Shown: positions 27,987 through 37,347 of the stretch, one piece after another
Layout of the letters: each line of letters begins with the position of its first letter
Position numbering within the stretch: the stretch's first letter is position 1
Origin: an uncultured candidate division Zixibacteria bacterium
Lineage (GTDB): Bacteria > Zixibacteria > MSB-5A5 > GN15 > FEB-12
NCBI GenBank assembly: GCA_963664195.1
Contig: OY760907.1
Coordinates: 576,001-640,000, forward strand
Length of the DNA stretch: 64,000 bases
Direction of reading: 5' to 3'
Translations under genes and position numbers: made by a program
Notes under the pieces: model-generated
The model's database searches: none
Seen by the model: the letters and a program-made list of their open reading frames with translations, nothing else
What the model was told of the DNA's origin: nothing

Positions 27987-29714
27987 CTATATGCTCAAGC
28001 TCCGGTATCCTTTGCGGATATCGAAGACTGACTTGGTTATGACGTACGCCGTGTAAAGTGAAATCAACACACCCCAGAACAGGGTGACTGCGAAGCCCTT
28101 GATCGGACCGGATCCAAACAGGAAAAGGGCGCCGGCAGTGATTAGCGTCGTAACGTGAGAGTCGAAGATAGCGACAAACGCGCGCTCGTAACCGGCATCG
28201 ATCGAAGCACGGATTGTCTTGCCGGTCCTGATTTCCTCACGAATACGCTCGAAGATCAGGATGTTTGCATCGACAGAAATACCAATTGTCAGAATGATAC
28301 CTGCTATACCCGGCATGGTCAACGTAGCTCCCATGGTGGCCATGACTGCCAACAGGAAGAAGATATTGAAGACCAGGCCGATGTCGGCAATTACGCCGGA
28401 CAATCGGTAGTAGACTCCGATATACAGAAGCACCAGGGCCAGACCGAAAAGCGAGGAGATGAATCCTTTACTGATCGAGTCTGCACCGAGAGAGGCACCA
28501 ACCAGGTTCTTTTCGATGAACTCAACCGGGGCAGGAAGTGCACCGGCTTCAAGCACGATCTGCAGGTTGCGGGCATCTTTGAGCGTGGCGGTGGAACCCA
28601 TCGTAATGGTACCGTCGCCACGAATCTTGGAGTTGATAATCGCGGCCGACTCAACCTTGCCGTCGATCACAATCGCGAGCGGCTTGCTGATGTTGGCTCC
28701 GGTTAACTGGGCGAACCGGCCTGCGGCTTCAGGCGTGATACGGAAATTGACCTGTTGCCCGCCGTACTGCCCGGTACTGAGAGCAATGTTGGTCAGGTAA
28801 TTGCCCAGGAACTGGACCTTGCGCTTCAACAAATACAGGTTGTAGACTTCGCGACTGTCGCTGATCTCCGGTCGCGTCGACCAGCCAAACTGAACGTCGA
28901 TCGGGATCAGGGCCTTTACGGCCGGGAGATTCAGCCAACGGTCGATTTTCGGTTTGTCCTTTTTGACTACCGTGAAACCCGGGAACATCTCATTCTGCCG
29001 GTTATTCAGATAGGCGCTTAAGCGCGACGACAGCGGTCGTGTGTCGTCCTCGACACCAAAGTCTTCGTCGAAAGCAAAGGCGCTTGTGTCACCGGCGGCA
29101 CCGGTATCGCCCATCATCTCGGCAAGGATGTCCTCGCCCTCTTCGACCTCAGCGGTCTCGGTGGTTTCAGCCTGACTGTCAGCCGGCTTCTCTTCGGCAG
29201 TCCCGTCAGCCGCCGCCGTGGCAACTTCGTAAGCGTAGATTACTGAATCCAACTTTTGCAGCAACAGCGTCGCGTTGGAGTAGTTTTCGAGCAGCTTGAA
29301 CTCGAGGAGGGCCGTCTGGCCGATAAGATCCTCGGCGCGCTCGGCGTCGGTATAACCCGGCAGATCGACAATGATTCGATCCTGCCCCTGTTTCTGAATG
29401 ACCGGTTCGGCAACACCGAGACCGTCGATACGAGTGCGAATGACCTGGATGGCCCGGTCAACAGCACCCTCGCGGCTGGCCTCGTCCATCTCTTCCATTT
29501 TCACACGCAGGACAACGTGGATACCACCCTGCAAATCCAATCCTAGCCGGATTGCTTCCTGCTGAAGCTTCAGCAGATCGCCGGGGGCGTTCTCCTGCAT
29601 CTCGGCCTTCTCTGCATCGCTCATAGTCCAGAGATTGAAGGTGTTGTAAAATGCCAAACACCCCAGCGCAATCAATGCGACTGTAAGAATCAGGCGCCAT
29701 TTCTGACCAGACAT
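27987..29714 (-). CDS. secD: Protein translocase subunit SecD
   Basis: LGLDLQGG, RIDGLGVAEP, AGALPAP, LTMPGIAG, VDANILIFERIREE, GPIKGFA. Confidence 0.96.
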   Translation of the reverse strand: MSGQKWRLILTVALIALGCLAFYNTFNLWTMSDAEKAEMQENAPGDLLKLQQEAIRLGLDLQGGIHVVLRVKMEEMDEASREGAVDRAIQVIRTRIDGLGVAEPVIQKQGQDRIIVDLPGYTDAERAEDLIGQTALLEFKLLENYSNATLLLQKLDSVIYAYEVATAAADGTAEEKPADSQAETTETAEVEEGEDILAEMMGDTGAAGDTSAFAFDEDFGVEDDTRPLSSRLSAYLNNRQNEMFPGFTVVKKDKPKIDRWLNLPAVKALIPIDVQFGWSTRPEISDSREVYNLYLLKRKVQFLGNYLTNIALSTGQYGGQQVNFRITPEAAGRFAQLTGANISKPLAIVIDGKVESAAIINSKIRGDGTITMGSTATLKDARNLQIVLEAGALPAPVEFIEKNLVGASLGADSISKGFISSLFGLALVLLYIGVYYRLSGVIADIGLVFNIFFLLAVMATMGATLTMPGIAGIILTIGISVDANILIFERIREEIRTGKTIRASIDAGYERAFVAIFDSHVTTLITAGALFLFGSGPIKGFAVTLFWGVLISLYTAYVITKSVFDIRKGYRSLSI

Positions 29715-29847
29715 ACATGTTCCTTTCTATATACACAAAACTACAGGTAACTTGTTATGAATCTTCAGTGTGAGTGAAAAAGCGGCACGACCTCGTCACG
29801 CGATCACACGGGAGCGTTTGGGCGAGGTACTGGTCCGCTAAGGGGAG

Positions 29848-30291
29848 CTAGCTGGTGCCCGAGGGTCGAGCGCCTACAAGAGTGAATTGTCTACCCAGAG
29901 TCGAGGAGACTTCGGCAGAGGTCGATGGCACGTGACCGTCGGACATCTCATGCGCCAACGTGGCGCGGAAATCGTGGGAGGCGGCCAGACAGGACCGGAG
30001 CCGTTGCTGATCGTGCAAAGTCGGTAACAGCGTCACGGCCTGAAAAATCGCCGCCTGTTCGGTCCAGGGACGCCCGCCAGTGTCGTCCATACCCTGATTC
30101 GGTTTTTCCGAGTCGGGCGTAGCGATCAACAGCGGAGGGTCATCGACAGACTTCACGGTCGGCTGACTATCTTCAGCAAACATCCGGGCGGCCGCATTGG
30201 CCCCCGAGAGGCCGAGGGCCAGAATGGCAAGAACCACGACGCTGCATTTGCCGCAGGCAACTATTTTGTCTAGTATGTGTTTCATAAACAT
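29848..30291 (-). CDS. Secreted upstream ORF of secDF; candidate secretion-monitor / translation-arrest peptide
   Basis: Signal peptide (VVVLAILALGLSGANA-A), polar linker, C-terminus ...GRQFTLVGARPSGTS*; first gene after the promoter at 30305-30332. Confidence 0.6.
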   Translation of the reverse strand: MFMKHILDKIVACGKCSVVVLAILALGLSGANAAARMFAEDSQPTVKSVDDPPLLIATPDSEKPNQGMDDTGGRPWTEQAAIFQAVTLLPTLHDQQRLRSCLAASHDFRATLAHEMSDGHVPSTSAEVSSTLGRQFTLVGARPSGTS

Positions 30292-30304
30292 CTGAGTCAG
30301 GCGT

Positions 30305-30332
30305 AATATAGGGGGTGTCGGCAAATAGTCAA
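30305..30332 (-). promoter_or_regulatory. sigma70 promoter for uORF-secD-secF
   Basis: Minus-strand TTGACT-N16-TATATT. Confidence 0.6.
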
Positions 30333-30351
30333 TCCAAATAACACCTCCGGC

Positions 30352-30380
30352 TTGACATACTAGCGGGCGACGGTTAGCTT
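30352..30380 (+). promoter_or_regulatory. sigma70 promoter for M16 peptidase
   Basis: TTGACA-N17-TAGCTT. Confidence 0.55.
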
Positions 30381-30403
30381 AACTCGTTGATTGATTTAAG
30401 GAT

Positions 30404-33226
30404 GTGTTAAGTGACGCAGATTTTGACCATTTTAGCCGAGGGAAATCGCCTGTGATGAAGGAAATGCCCCATAGTCTGGCCAGAACAGCCCTGCTGGGCT
30501 GTCTCATACTGCTGATATCAGCTTCCTCTGTCGCGGCCGCCGAGACTGCGTTCGCGCTCGAAAACGACATGCAGGTGATCCTTCAGGAAAATCACAGTTG
30601 TCCGATGATTTCCTCGATTATCTTCGTCAAGTCCGGTTCCAGGTATGAATCGGAATACGAAAACGGAATGACGCATTTCCTTGAGCATCTGCTTTTCGAC
30701 GGCACTGCGAATCTAACCCGCGATGAACTCGACAGCTCAATCGATGACCTCGGCGGCTATATCAACGCCTTCACGCGCAAGGACCTGACCGGATACCTGG
30801 TAGTATTGCCGAAGCAGTACATTGATTACGGTATGACCGTGCAGGCGGACATGCTGTTCAATTCGATCTTTCCGGAGGACGAACTGGCGAAAGAGCGGAA
30901 GGTGGTAATCGAGGAAATCAATCAATACAAAGACTCGCCCGGCGACGCCGCCGAGGCCTTTTTCACTGAGAAGGCTTACGCGAACACAGACTACGCGCGA
31001 CCGGTGTTGGGCTACACGTCGTTGATTGAGAACATCCCCCGAGAGGCAATTGTCGCCTACTGGAAGAAATACTATACGCCAGACAGAATGACCATGCTCG
31101 TCATTGGTGATTTCGATTCCAAGAAGATGAAAGAGAGCATCCGCTCGGTCTTTGGCGGCTTTGCGTCTGGCGAAGCCGGAGCTACTTCCAAAGGTAGCAC
31201 GATGAAGCCTGATCGGGCAAAACTCGCCGAGGGCAAACACCGCCAGGGCAGTATTATCGGACAACATCGGTTCGATACGGCTGCCAACGTGCAATCGACG
31301 TACGTGAGCTTCTCTATCGCGGCCCCGCATGTCTCCAGTGCAGATTACCTCCCGTTCGATCTGCTGACCACATACCTGTCGATGGAAGACCTCTCCCCTC
31401 TCAAACAAGCCCTGCTGGGCGGCGACACGCCGCTGGCGACCGAAGTGGGGATATCGCTTGATCCGAAAGAGGAATTCTCACGGCTGGAGCTGTCGATCAT
31501 CACCGACAATCCCGACAATCCCGACAGCATTATCGCAGTAACGGTGGAACAGCTCAAAGCAGCGAGTAGTCTTGAGGCCGACTCGGCCATGATTGCCGGC
31601 ATAAAAACCAGCGTCCGCTGTGAGGCTCTTTACAATGCGGAGAAGCTGCATTACTACGGTTTTCTCATTGCGCCACTGGTGATGAGCGCCGGTTGGGACT
31701 TTATCCAGAGCTACCCCGACTCTATATCAGAAGTTGATTGGAGCAGGTGTACGCTTGCGGCTGATAAATGGCTCGTCAATCCTGATTATGTCGTCACGAC
31801 GGTTCGCCCGGCTGATTCTGCCGAAGTTGCCTACACGCCGGAGGAACCGACAGCCGAGGCGGTGACAGCTTTTTTCGACACCACGACCTTCCCGACCTAC
31901 GAGCTTGTCGAAGGACATCACATTTCCTTCCCGAATGTCGACTCGGTATCGTTTGAGCTGATCGACAACTCAGTGTATCACCGTGAGGTTTTCCAGAACG
32001 GTTTCACGCTGATCGTTAAATCGAATCCTGACAGCCGCGTGTTCGGGATGAATATCCTGGGCAGGAACCGAACCGCCAACGAACCGGAAGGGCTGATCGG
32101 AATCACCGATTTCGTTAATCGTTGTCTTGAGAAAGGCACGACTACCCGTGATGCCGCCCGCATATCCACCGATCTGGCCGCAATCGGCGCAAATCTCTCC
32201 GTGCACGACAATCCGTGGATACCTTTTGATGACCGTTACACAACGCGACGGTTCTCATTCCTCAAGTTTGAAACGATTGAAGAATTCGCTCCGGCCGGTT
32301 TTGAGTTATTTGCGGATATAATGCTGCATCCGGCGTTTGACTCGGCTGAGGTCGAAGGTGTGCGACGGTCAATGCTGGGGGTTTGTCGTCGCGGTGCCGG
32401 ATCACCCACGAAAACCGCACGTCAACAGTACTATAAGACCTATTTCGGGGGACATCCGTTCGCAAACTCGGTGATGGGAACGCCGGAATCAATCGGCGCA
32501 ATCTCAGTCGGTGATCTTCGAAACCACCACAGGCGTTTCTATTCCCCGGAAAACATGATTCTCGCGGTGGTCACCAGCCGTGACACCGCCGAGGTCGCTG
32601 CGTGGGCACGTGAGCAGTTCACAGGGCTGGAGCGTGCGGACAGAACGGTAACGAGCGTTGAAAAACCGGCGCCAGTGTTCGTACAGAAAGTCGTCCACAC
32701 GGAGATGGAAAGTGCTCAGGTTGGCATCTACGCCGGTGGAAGGGCACCGGGAGCAGGCGATATCGAGGCGGCTGACGTCTCCATTGCAGCCTCGATCCTT
32801 TCTTCGCGCCTATATCTCAATCTCCGGGAGAAGCAGGGGTTAGCCTACTCGACGGGCGTCGGAACCAGGTTCGACCGCTCGTTTGGCTGGTATTATCTGG
32901 TCGTCAGTACGGGCGTAGATAACTACGACAGGGCTTTCGATGGGCTGTTGCTTCAGACGGAGAAGCTGGCATTCGACGGTCCCACAGCCTCGGAGGTCAC
33001 CAGGGCCAAAAACCAGCTATGGGGCGGACTTATGCGAGCTAAGCTGTCGCGCGCCAATCAGGCCTACTATCTGGCTGAGAACGAGTTCCTCGGACGTCCG
33101 CTGGACTACGACAAACTCCTCCTGGAGCATCTAAACTACGTTGATGTACGCCTGATTCGAAGGGTGGCCTCGAAGTATTTCCGTCCGGAGACCTGGGTTG
33201 TGTCGTCTGCGGGCGGCATGAGGTAG
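30404..33226 (+). CDS. Secreted M16 (pitrilysin/PqqL-like) zinc peptidase with two fused halves; start uncertain
   Basis: HFLEH inverzincin motif, NAFT, ERKVVIEE; second half lacks HxxEH; LREKQGLAYS. Confidence 0.9.
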   Translation: MLSDADFDHFSRGKSPVMKEMPHSLARTALLGCLILLISASSVAAAETAFALENDMQVILQENHSCPMISSIIFVKSGSRYESEYENGMTHFLEHLLFDGTANLTRDELDSSIDDLGGYINAFTRKDLTGYLVVLPKQYIDYGMTVQADMLFNSIFPEDELAKERKVVIEEINQYKDSPGDAAEAFFTEKAYANTDYARPVLGYTSLIENIPREAIVAYWKKYYTPDRMTMLVIGDFDSKKMKESIRSVFGGFASGEAGATSKGSTMKPDRAKLAEGKHRQGSIIGQHRFDTAANVQSTYVSFSIAAPHVSSADYLPFDLLTTYLSMEDLSPLKQALLGGDTPLATEVGISLDPKEEFSRLELSIITDNPDNPDSIIAVTVEQLKAASSLEADSAMIAGIKTSVRCEALYNAEKLHYYGFLIAPLVMSAGWDFIQSYPDSISEVDWSRCTLAADKWLVNPDYVVTTVRPADSAEVAYTPEEPTAEAVTAFFDTTTFPTYELVEGHHISFPNVDSVSFELIDNSVYHREVFQNGFTLIVKSNPDSRVFGMNILGRNRTANEPEGLIGITDFVNRCLEKGTTTRDAARISTDLAAIGANLSVHDNPWIPFDDRYTTRRFSFLKFETIEEFAPAGFELFADIMLHPAFDSAEVEGVRRSMLGVCRRGAGSPTKTARQQYYKTYFGGHPFANSVMGTPESIGAISVGDLRNHHRRFYSPENMILAVVTSRDTAEVAAWAREQFTGLERADRTVTSVEKPAPVFVQKVVHTEMESAQVGIYAGGRAPGAGDIEAADVSIAASILSSRLYLNLREKQGLAYSTGVGTRFDRSFGWYYLVVSTGVDNYDRAFDGLLLQTEKLAFDGPTASEVTRAKNQLWGGLMRAKLSRANQAYYLAENEFLGRPLDYDKLLLEHLNYVDVRLIRRVASKYFRPETWVVSSAGGMR

Positions 33227-33260
33227 CGCTTTTCATCCCTGTCTTGCGGGTTCGCGTCGC

Positions 33261-33326
33261 CCTAACACAATCCTAACACAATACGAGGCGATAAGGCTTG
33301 ACTTAGCAGGTGTGCGTGGGTACTTT
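33261..33326 (+). promoter_or_regulatory. Pho-box-like 11-bp direct repeat plus sigma70 promoter
   Basis: CCTAACACAAT x2 (33261-33282); TTGACT-N17-TACTTT (33298-33326); upstream of Na/Pi transporter and phoU. Confidence 0.65.
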
Positions 33327-33368
33327 CGCCTCGACTCCAGCAACGGAAACTGCTAACGGAAACGACGA

Positions 33369-34490
33369 ATGGACGATCACACGCCCGGTACGGACACATC
33401 TGGTAGCCTTCATCCGACTGTCGCGCTTGTTCTGCGACTTCTGGCCCTCGCCGGACTGCTTTATCTGTTCATTCTTTCCATATCCTTGCTCGGGGCATCT
33501 TTCAAGCTTGCCGGCAAAGGGGTTGCCGAGTCAATCTTTAGTGCCACGTCCAACCCGGTAGTAGCCTTGATGATAGGCGTTCTTGCCACGGCGATAATCC
33601 AGTCATCATCGACAACGACTTCTATTCTTGTCGGTCTGGTTGGGAGTGGGTTTTTGACGTTCGAGGCCGCGGTTCCAATGGTCATGGGGGCCAATATCGG
33701 CACCACAGTGACCAACCTTTTTGTTTCGCTGGCCCACATTTCTCGTACCGAGGAGTTCAAGCGGGCGTTTGCCGGATCTGTGGTCCACGACATGTTCAAC
33801 CTCTGTGCGGTCGCCGTGCTTCTGCCGCTCCAGGCCTACTTCAACGTCATCGGAGCTTCAGCCCACTATGTCGAGTCGTTCTTCGAGGGATTCGGCGGCC
33901 TCAAATTCAGTTCGCCTTTGGCCGCCGTGACCAAACCGTTGGCAAAGGGGATTATTCACCTGGTACACGACTCTGCCTGGCTTGCGGCGATCATAGCCGT
34001 GATCCTGCTCTTCATCGCCCTGCGGTATATCGTCAAGGTGCTGAAGTCGATGGTGTTGTCCAAAGTCGAGCTGTTCTTCCAGCGATACATTTTCCGTACG
34101 CCGATCCTTGGCCTTTTGCTCGGTATCGCCCTGACGGCGCTGGTGCAGTCATCCTCGATTACAACCTCGCTCGTGGTACCGTTGCTCGGGGCCGGCGTAA
34201 TCACGCTCAACCAGATATTCCCCTATATGATGGGAGCGAATATCGGCACCACGGTTACGGCGTTCCTGGCGTCGTTCGTGACCGGATCCCCCGAGGCGGT
34301 ATCGGTTGCCTTTGCTCACCTCTTGTTTAACGTGTACGGCATGGCCATCTGGTGGCCGTTGAAGAGCGTACCGATCTCCCTGTCGATTAAATTGGCCAAT
34401 GTAACGCAGAAATCGAAGTTGTATCCGATTCTATATATTGTGATCGTATTCTTTGTGATACCCGGACTTGTCCTTCTGGTCATGAGGTAG
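33369..34490 (+). CDS. Na+/Pi cotransporter (NptA/SLC34 family)
   Basis: Duplicated QSSS and GANIGTT motifs. Confidence 0.92.
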   Translation: MDDHTPGTDTSGSLHPTVALVLRLLALAGLLYLFILSISLLGASFKLAGKGVAESIFSATSNPVVALMIGVLATAIIQSSSTTTSILVGLVGSGFLTFEAAVPMVMGANIGTTVTNLFVSLAHISRTEEFKRAFAGSVVHDMFNLCAVAVLLPLQAYFNVIGASAHYVESFFEGFGGLKFSSPLAAVTKPLAKGIIHLVHDSAWLAAIIAVILLFIALRYIVKVLKSMVLSKVELFFQRYIFRTPILGLLLGIALTALVQSSSITTSLVVPLLGAGVITLNQIFPYMMGANIGTTVTAFLASFVTGSPEAVSVAFAHLLFNVYGMAIWWPLKSVPISLSIKLANVTQKSKLYPILYIVIVFFVIPGLVLLVMR

Positions 34491-34495
34491 GAGTT

Positions 34496-35179
34496 ATGTT
34501 TTCGAAGTTCAAAGAACTGTTCTCATCTGAGAACCTCCTTGATGCGGCGTACGAAAAGACACTGACAATGCTTGAGTTTGACTACAAGATGTACGTTGCG
34601 GCTCGCGAAGCGCTTCGCGCGTCCGACACGTCCGATCTTCCCTTCGACATCAAGAAGATTGACCGCCAGATTAACAAGTACGAGCGTGAGGTGCGTCGCA
34701 ACGTGTTGACACACCTTGCCGTATCCGGTACCTCGAATCTGGTGCCGGGGCTGGTGCTTGTTTCGATCGTCATCGACGTTGAGCGGATTGGCGATTTCAC
34801 CAAGAACATCGTCGATCTGGCCCGCAAACATCCCAAGAAACTTAACGGCGGGAAGTCCGAATCAGCTGTTGTTGAAATGGAAACGACTGTTGACGATCAG
34901 ATGAAACAGGTAATCGAGATTCTCAGAAAACAGGAAAAAGGTTCTGCGCGAGAAATCATGCGGGCCGAAAACGATTTCGGCAAAAAGGCCGAGGCAGTGC
35001 TCGAAGACATGATTCTGGCCAAGGACAAGAACCTTAGCACCGGCGACAGTGTCTGTGTGGCGCTTTACGCCCGCTACTTGAAGCGGATCAACGCACATCT
35101 GACGAACATAGCCAGTTCGATTGTCAATCCGTTTCCGCGCATCGGCTTCAGGGAAAAAGACAAGGATATTGATTCCTAG
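34496..35179 (+). CDS. phoU: PhoU-family phosphate regulator
   Basis: DRQINKYERE, DVERIGDF..NI, LKRI.AH..NIA; follows the Na/Pi transporter. Confidence 0.8.
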   Translation: MFSKFKELFSSENLLDAAYEKTLTMLEFDYKMYVAAREALRASDTSDLPFDIKKIDRQINKYEREVRRNVLTHLAVSGTSNLVPGLVLVSIVIDVERIGDFTKNIVDLARKHPKKLNGGKSESAVVEMETTVDDQMKQVIEILRKQEKGSAREIMRAENDFGKKAEAVLEDMILAKDKNLSTGDSVCVALYARYLKRINAHLTNIASSIVNPFPRIGFREKDKDIDS

Positions 35180-36387
35180 CCAGCCGATCTCCGCTTCAGA
35201 CCAAGACCTACACGCGCCGCAGGCAATAGCTCGTGGCGCCTTATAACGTGAAATACGACCGCCAGCACAATGTATATCCCTGCCACTTCCCACCGAATCT
35301 CAGATACGATAAGCTGAGCCAGGAACAGCCCCAACAACAGAAACCCGCCCGCTTTGGTGAACCTGAGGCTGAGCAGCAGTGCCACCGCAAACAGCGACTG
35401 GGCGGCGGTCAGAATCAACTCCGGCTTCTGCACACCGTCGAGAACGAATGATCGAACATAGCCGCTTGAGATCGAGAACACCAACGGTATTGTACCCACC
35501 AGGAGCGTCCACTGATTAACCTTGGAAGAAATCAGCGCTTTGATAGCCGCTCTGGCAGCGCCTCGCATAGCCCAGGTAATCGCCACAATGAACTCGGGAG
35601 CTTCGGAGGCAATCGGCGCCAGCCACTGGACAAGATAGAACTCATCGATTCCGAGAATCCCGCCCGTCGCAATCAGAGAATCGGCAAAGGGATGGGCGAC
35701 ATAAAAGATCACACCACCGGCATAGATGAAGAAAGCGTACGTAAACACCCGCCGCCAGACCGTGCTCATATTAGCAAGTATCTTAGTCGGTCCGACCAGT
35801 TCCGGTTCCACCGTCTCCATCTGGGCGGCACGGCGCGTGTACATGACGAACAGCGTCACGAGTATGAAGGTATCAAAGAGATTCAGACTGCCCTTGAGGG
35901 GAATCGTGAACGAGTACAAGGTGGCCATCGCCAGATAGAATATCTCAACTCGCTGGGACTCATCAAGAGTCAGTTCTTTGCGCTTCCTGGCCAGGATGAA
36001 CACAAACAACACCACCGGCCAGCCAAGACCGACCAGCAACCGGTTGGCACCGGTCATGTTGGCAATGGCGTAGTGTGACATCTCCGGGTCATGAGCTGCG
36101 GCCCAGGTGAACACGAAATCGACGGCATATTCGGGGAGGACGGCGATAAGCGCCAGGATGGCCACCGCCAGTGATTCGGACATGTCAATCTGGGCGGCCT
36201 CGGCGGCCCACGAAAGAATGAACGCTCCCGCAAAAATGGCAGCGCCAAAAATCAGTGAGCCGAGTACCGGCGCCACAGGCGTATGCGTTATACCAAGGTA
36301 GAGGCCAGGAGTGGTGGCCAGAAACGACAGGACCAGAAAAACGTAGTTACCCGGCTCTACCGTAAGCCTATCTGTAGTGTGTGACAA
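35176..36387 (-). CDS. Ca2+/cation (Na+/Ca2+) antiporter family protein
   Basis: Alpha repeats AVLPEYAVD...ANMTGANR and ASEAPEF...SSKVNQWTLL. Confidence 0.85.
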   Translation of the reverse strand: MSHTTDRLTVEPGNYVFLVLSFLATTPGLYLGITHTPVAPVLGSLIFGAAIFAGAFILSWAAEAAQIDMSESLAVAILALIAVLPEYAVDFVFTWAAAHDPEMSHYAIANMTGANRLLVGLGWPVVLFVFILARKRKELTLDESQRVEIFYLAMATLYSFTIPLKGSLNLFDTFILVTLFVMYTRRAAQMETVEPELVGPTKILANMSTVWRRVFTYAFFIYAGGVIFYVAHPFADSLIATGGILGIDEFYLVQWLAPIASEAPEFIVAITWAMRGAARAAIKALISSKVNQWTLLVGTIPLVFSISSGYVRSFVLDGVQKPELILTAAQSLFAVALLLSLRFTKAGGFLLLGLFLAQLIVSEIRWEVAGIYIVLAVVFHVIRRHELLPAARVGLGLKRRSAG

Positions 36388-36424
36388 TCGAATATCCTCG
36401 AGGAAGTGATAACGAACGCGTGGT

Positions 36425-37330
36425 CTAGCCTCTGATTACCATATTTACGATGTCTTTCCGAAACAGCACGCCAACCAGCCGGTCGCCTTCGGTGACAAAG
36501 ACGCGTTGCGTGTTCTTGAAGACCATCATGGCCGCGACCTCGACAATCCTCGTGTTAGGTGTCGTGACCTCGTAGTCGTCCGAATACAACTGTGCAACCT
36601 TGATTTTGTCTTCCTTCTTGAGCAACTCTTCAAACGGTTCAACATCAATAGAGTAGTTCAAGTTGGATATCAATGACTTGTAGTCCGGCAAAGCGGCCTT
36701 GATCAAATCACGGTCGTCAATGACGCCCATCAGTCGTGCTTCACTATCAACCACAGCAAGCGCCGAGTGAGAAAAGCGGAACATGCGATTGGCGACCTCT
36801 TTCAGTGTATCGTCAATGGTCACCGTCGCGACATTGTGCCGCATGACATCCTTGACCATCAGTTCCTTGTCCACCGTAACACTGGTCTCGGAAATAAGAT
36901 TGATCAGCGCGGCCTTTGACTCGGCCTTGAGCACCTTCTCCAGCGTGTCGGCCTCTCGGGCAAAAGTAGCGAGTCCCGAGAGCGTTTGGAGATACAGCTT
37001 GGCAATGGTCGACGGTGTCAGGAGCAGACAAACGACATGCACCGGGAGGCCATCTGCCCCCTTGTCATCGAGACCCTCGCGGGAAACGCCGAGCAGGATA
37101 TACATCTCGCCGACAGCATCAGTGCGCGCATGAGGGAAGGCAAAACCTCGTCCGTAGGAAGTGTTTTCGATCTCCTCGCGCTCACGGATCGAGTTCAGGA
37201 TTGCGTCAAGATCAACTTTAATCCCCTCGTCCTTGACCATTCCCAGAAGTTCGCGAATCGCATCGTCTTTGGTTCGTGACCGCAAATCCATGTTGATGCG
37301 TCGCTCCATCAGGAGATTAGCGAGCTTCAT
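36425..37330 (-). CDS. PTS EIIA (Ntr/Fru-type) domain fused to a CBS pair
   Basis: REREEIENTSYGRGFAFPHAR (phospho-His motif); VKDVM...GVIDDRDL and LVGVLFRKDI CBS motifs. Confidence 0.85.
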   Translation of the reverse strand: MKLANLLMERRINMDLRSRTKDDAIRELLGMVKDEGIKVDLDAILNSIREREEIENTSYGRGFAFPHARTDAVGEMYILLGVSREGLDDKGADGLPVHVVCLLLTPSTIAKLYLQTLSGLATFAREADTLEKVLKAESKAALINLISETSVTVDKELMVKDVMRHNVATVTIDDTLKEVANRMFRFSHSALAVVDSEARLMGVIDDRDLIKAALPDYKSLISNLNYSIDVEPFEELLKKEDKIKVAQLYSDDYEVTTPNTRIVEVAAMMVFKNTQRVFVTEGDRLVGVLFRKDIVNMVIRG

Positions 37331-37347
37331 TTTCTGCCTCCGCAAAA

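Noticed and set aside
29848..30324. yajC call for the ORF upstream of secD, and the TTG start at 30324
   Set aside because: No YajC motifs, and it has a cleavable-type signal peptide. The TTG lies inside the promoter spacer.
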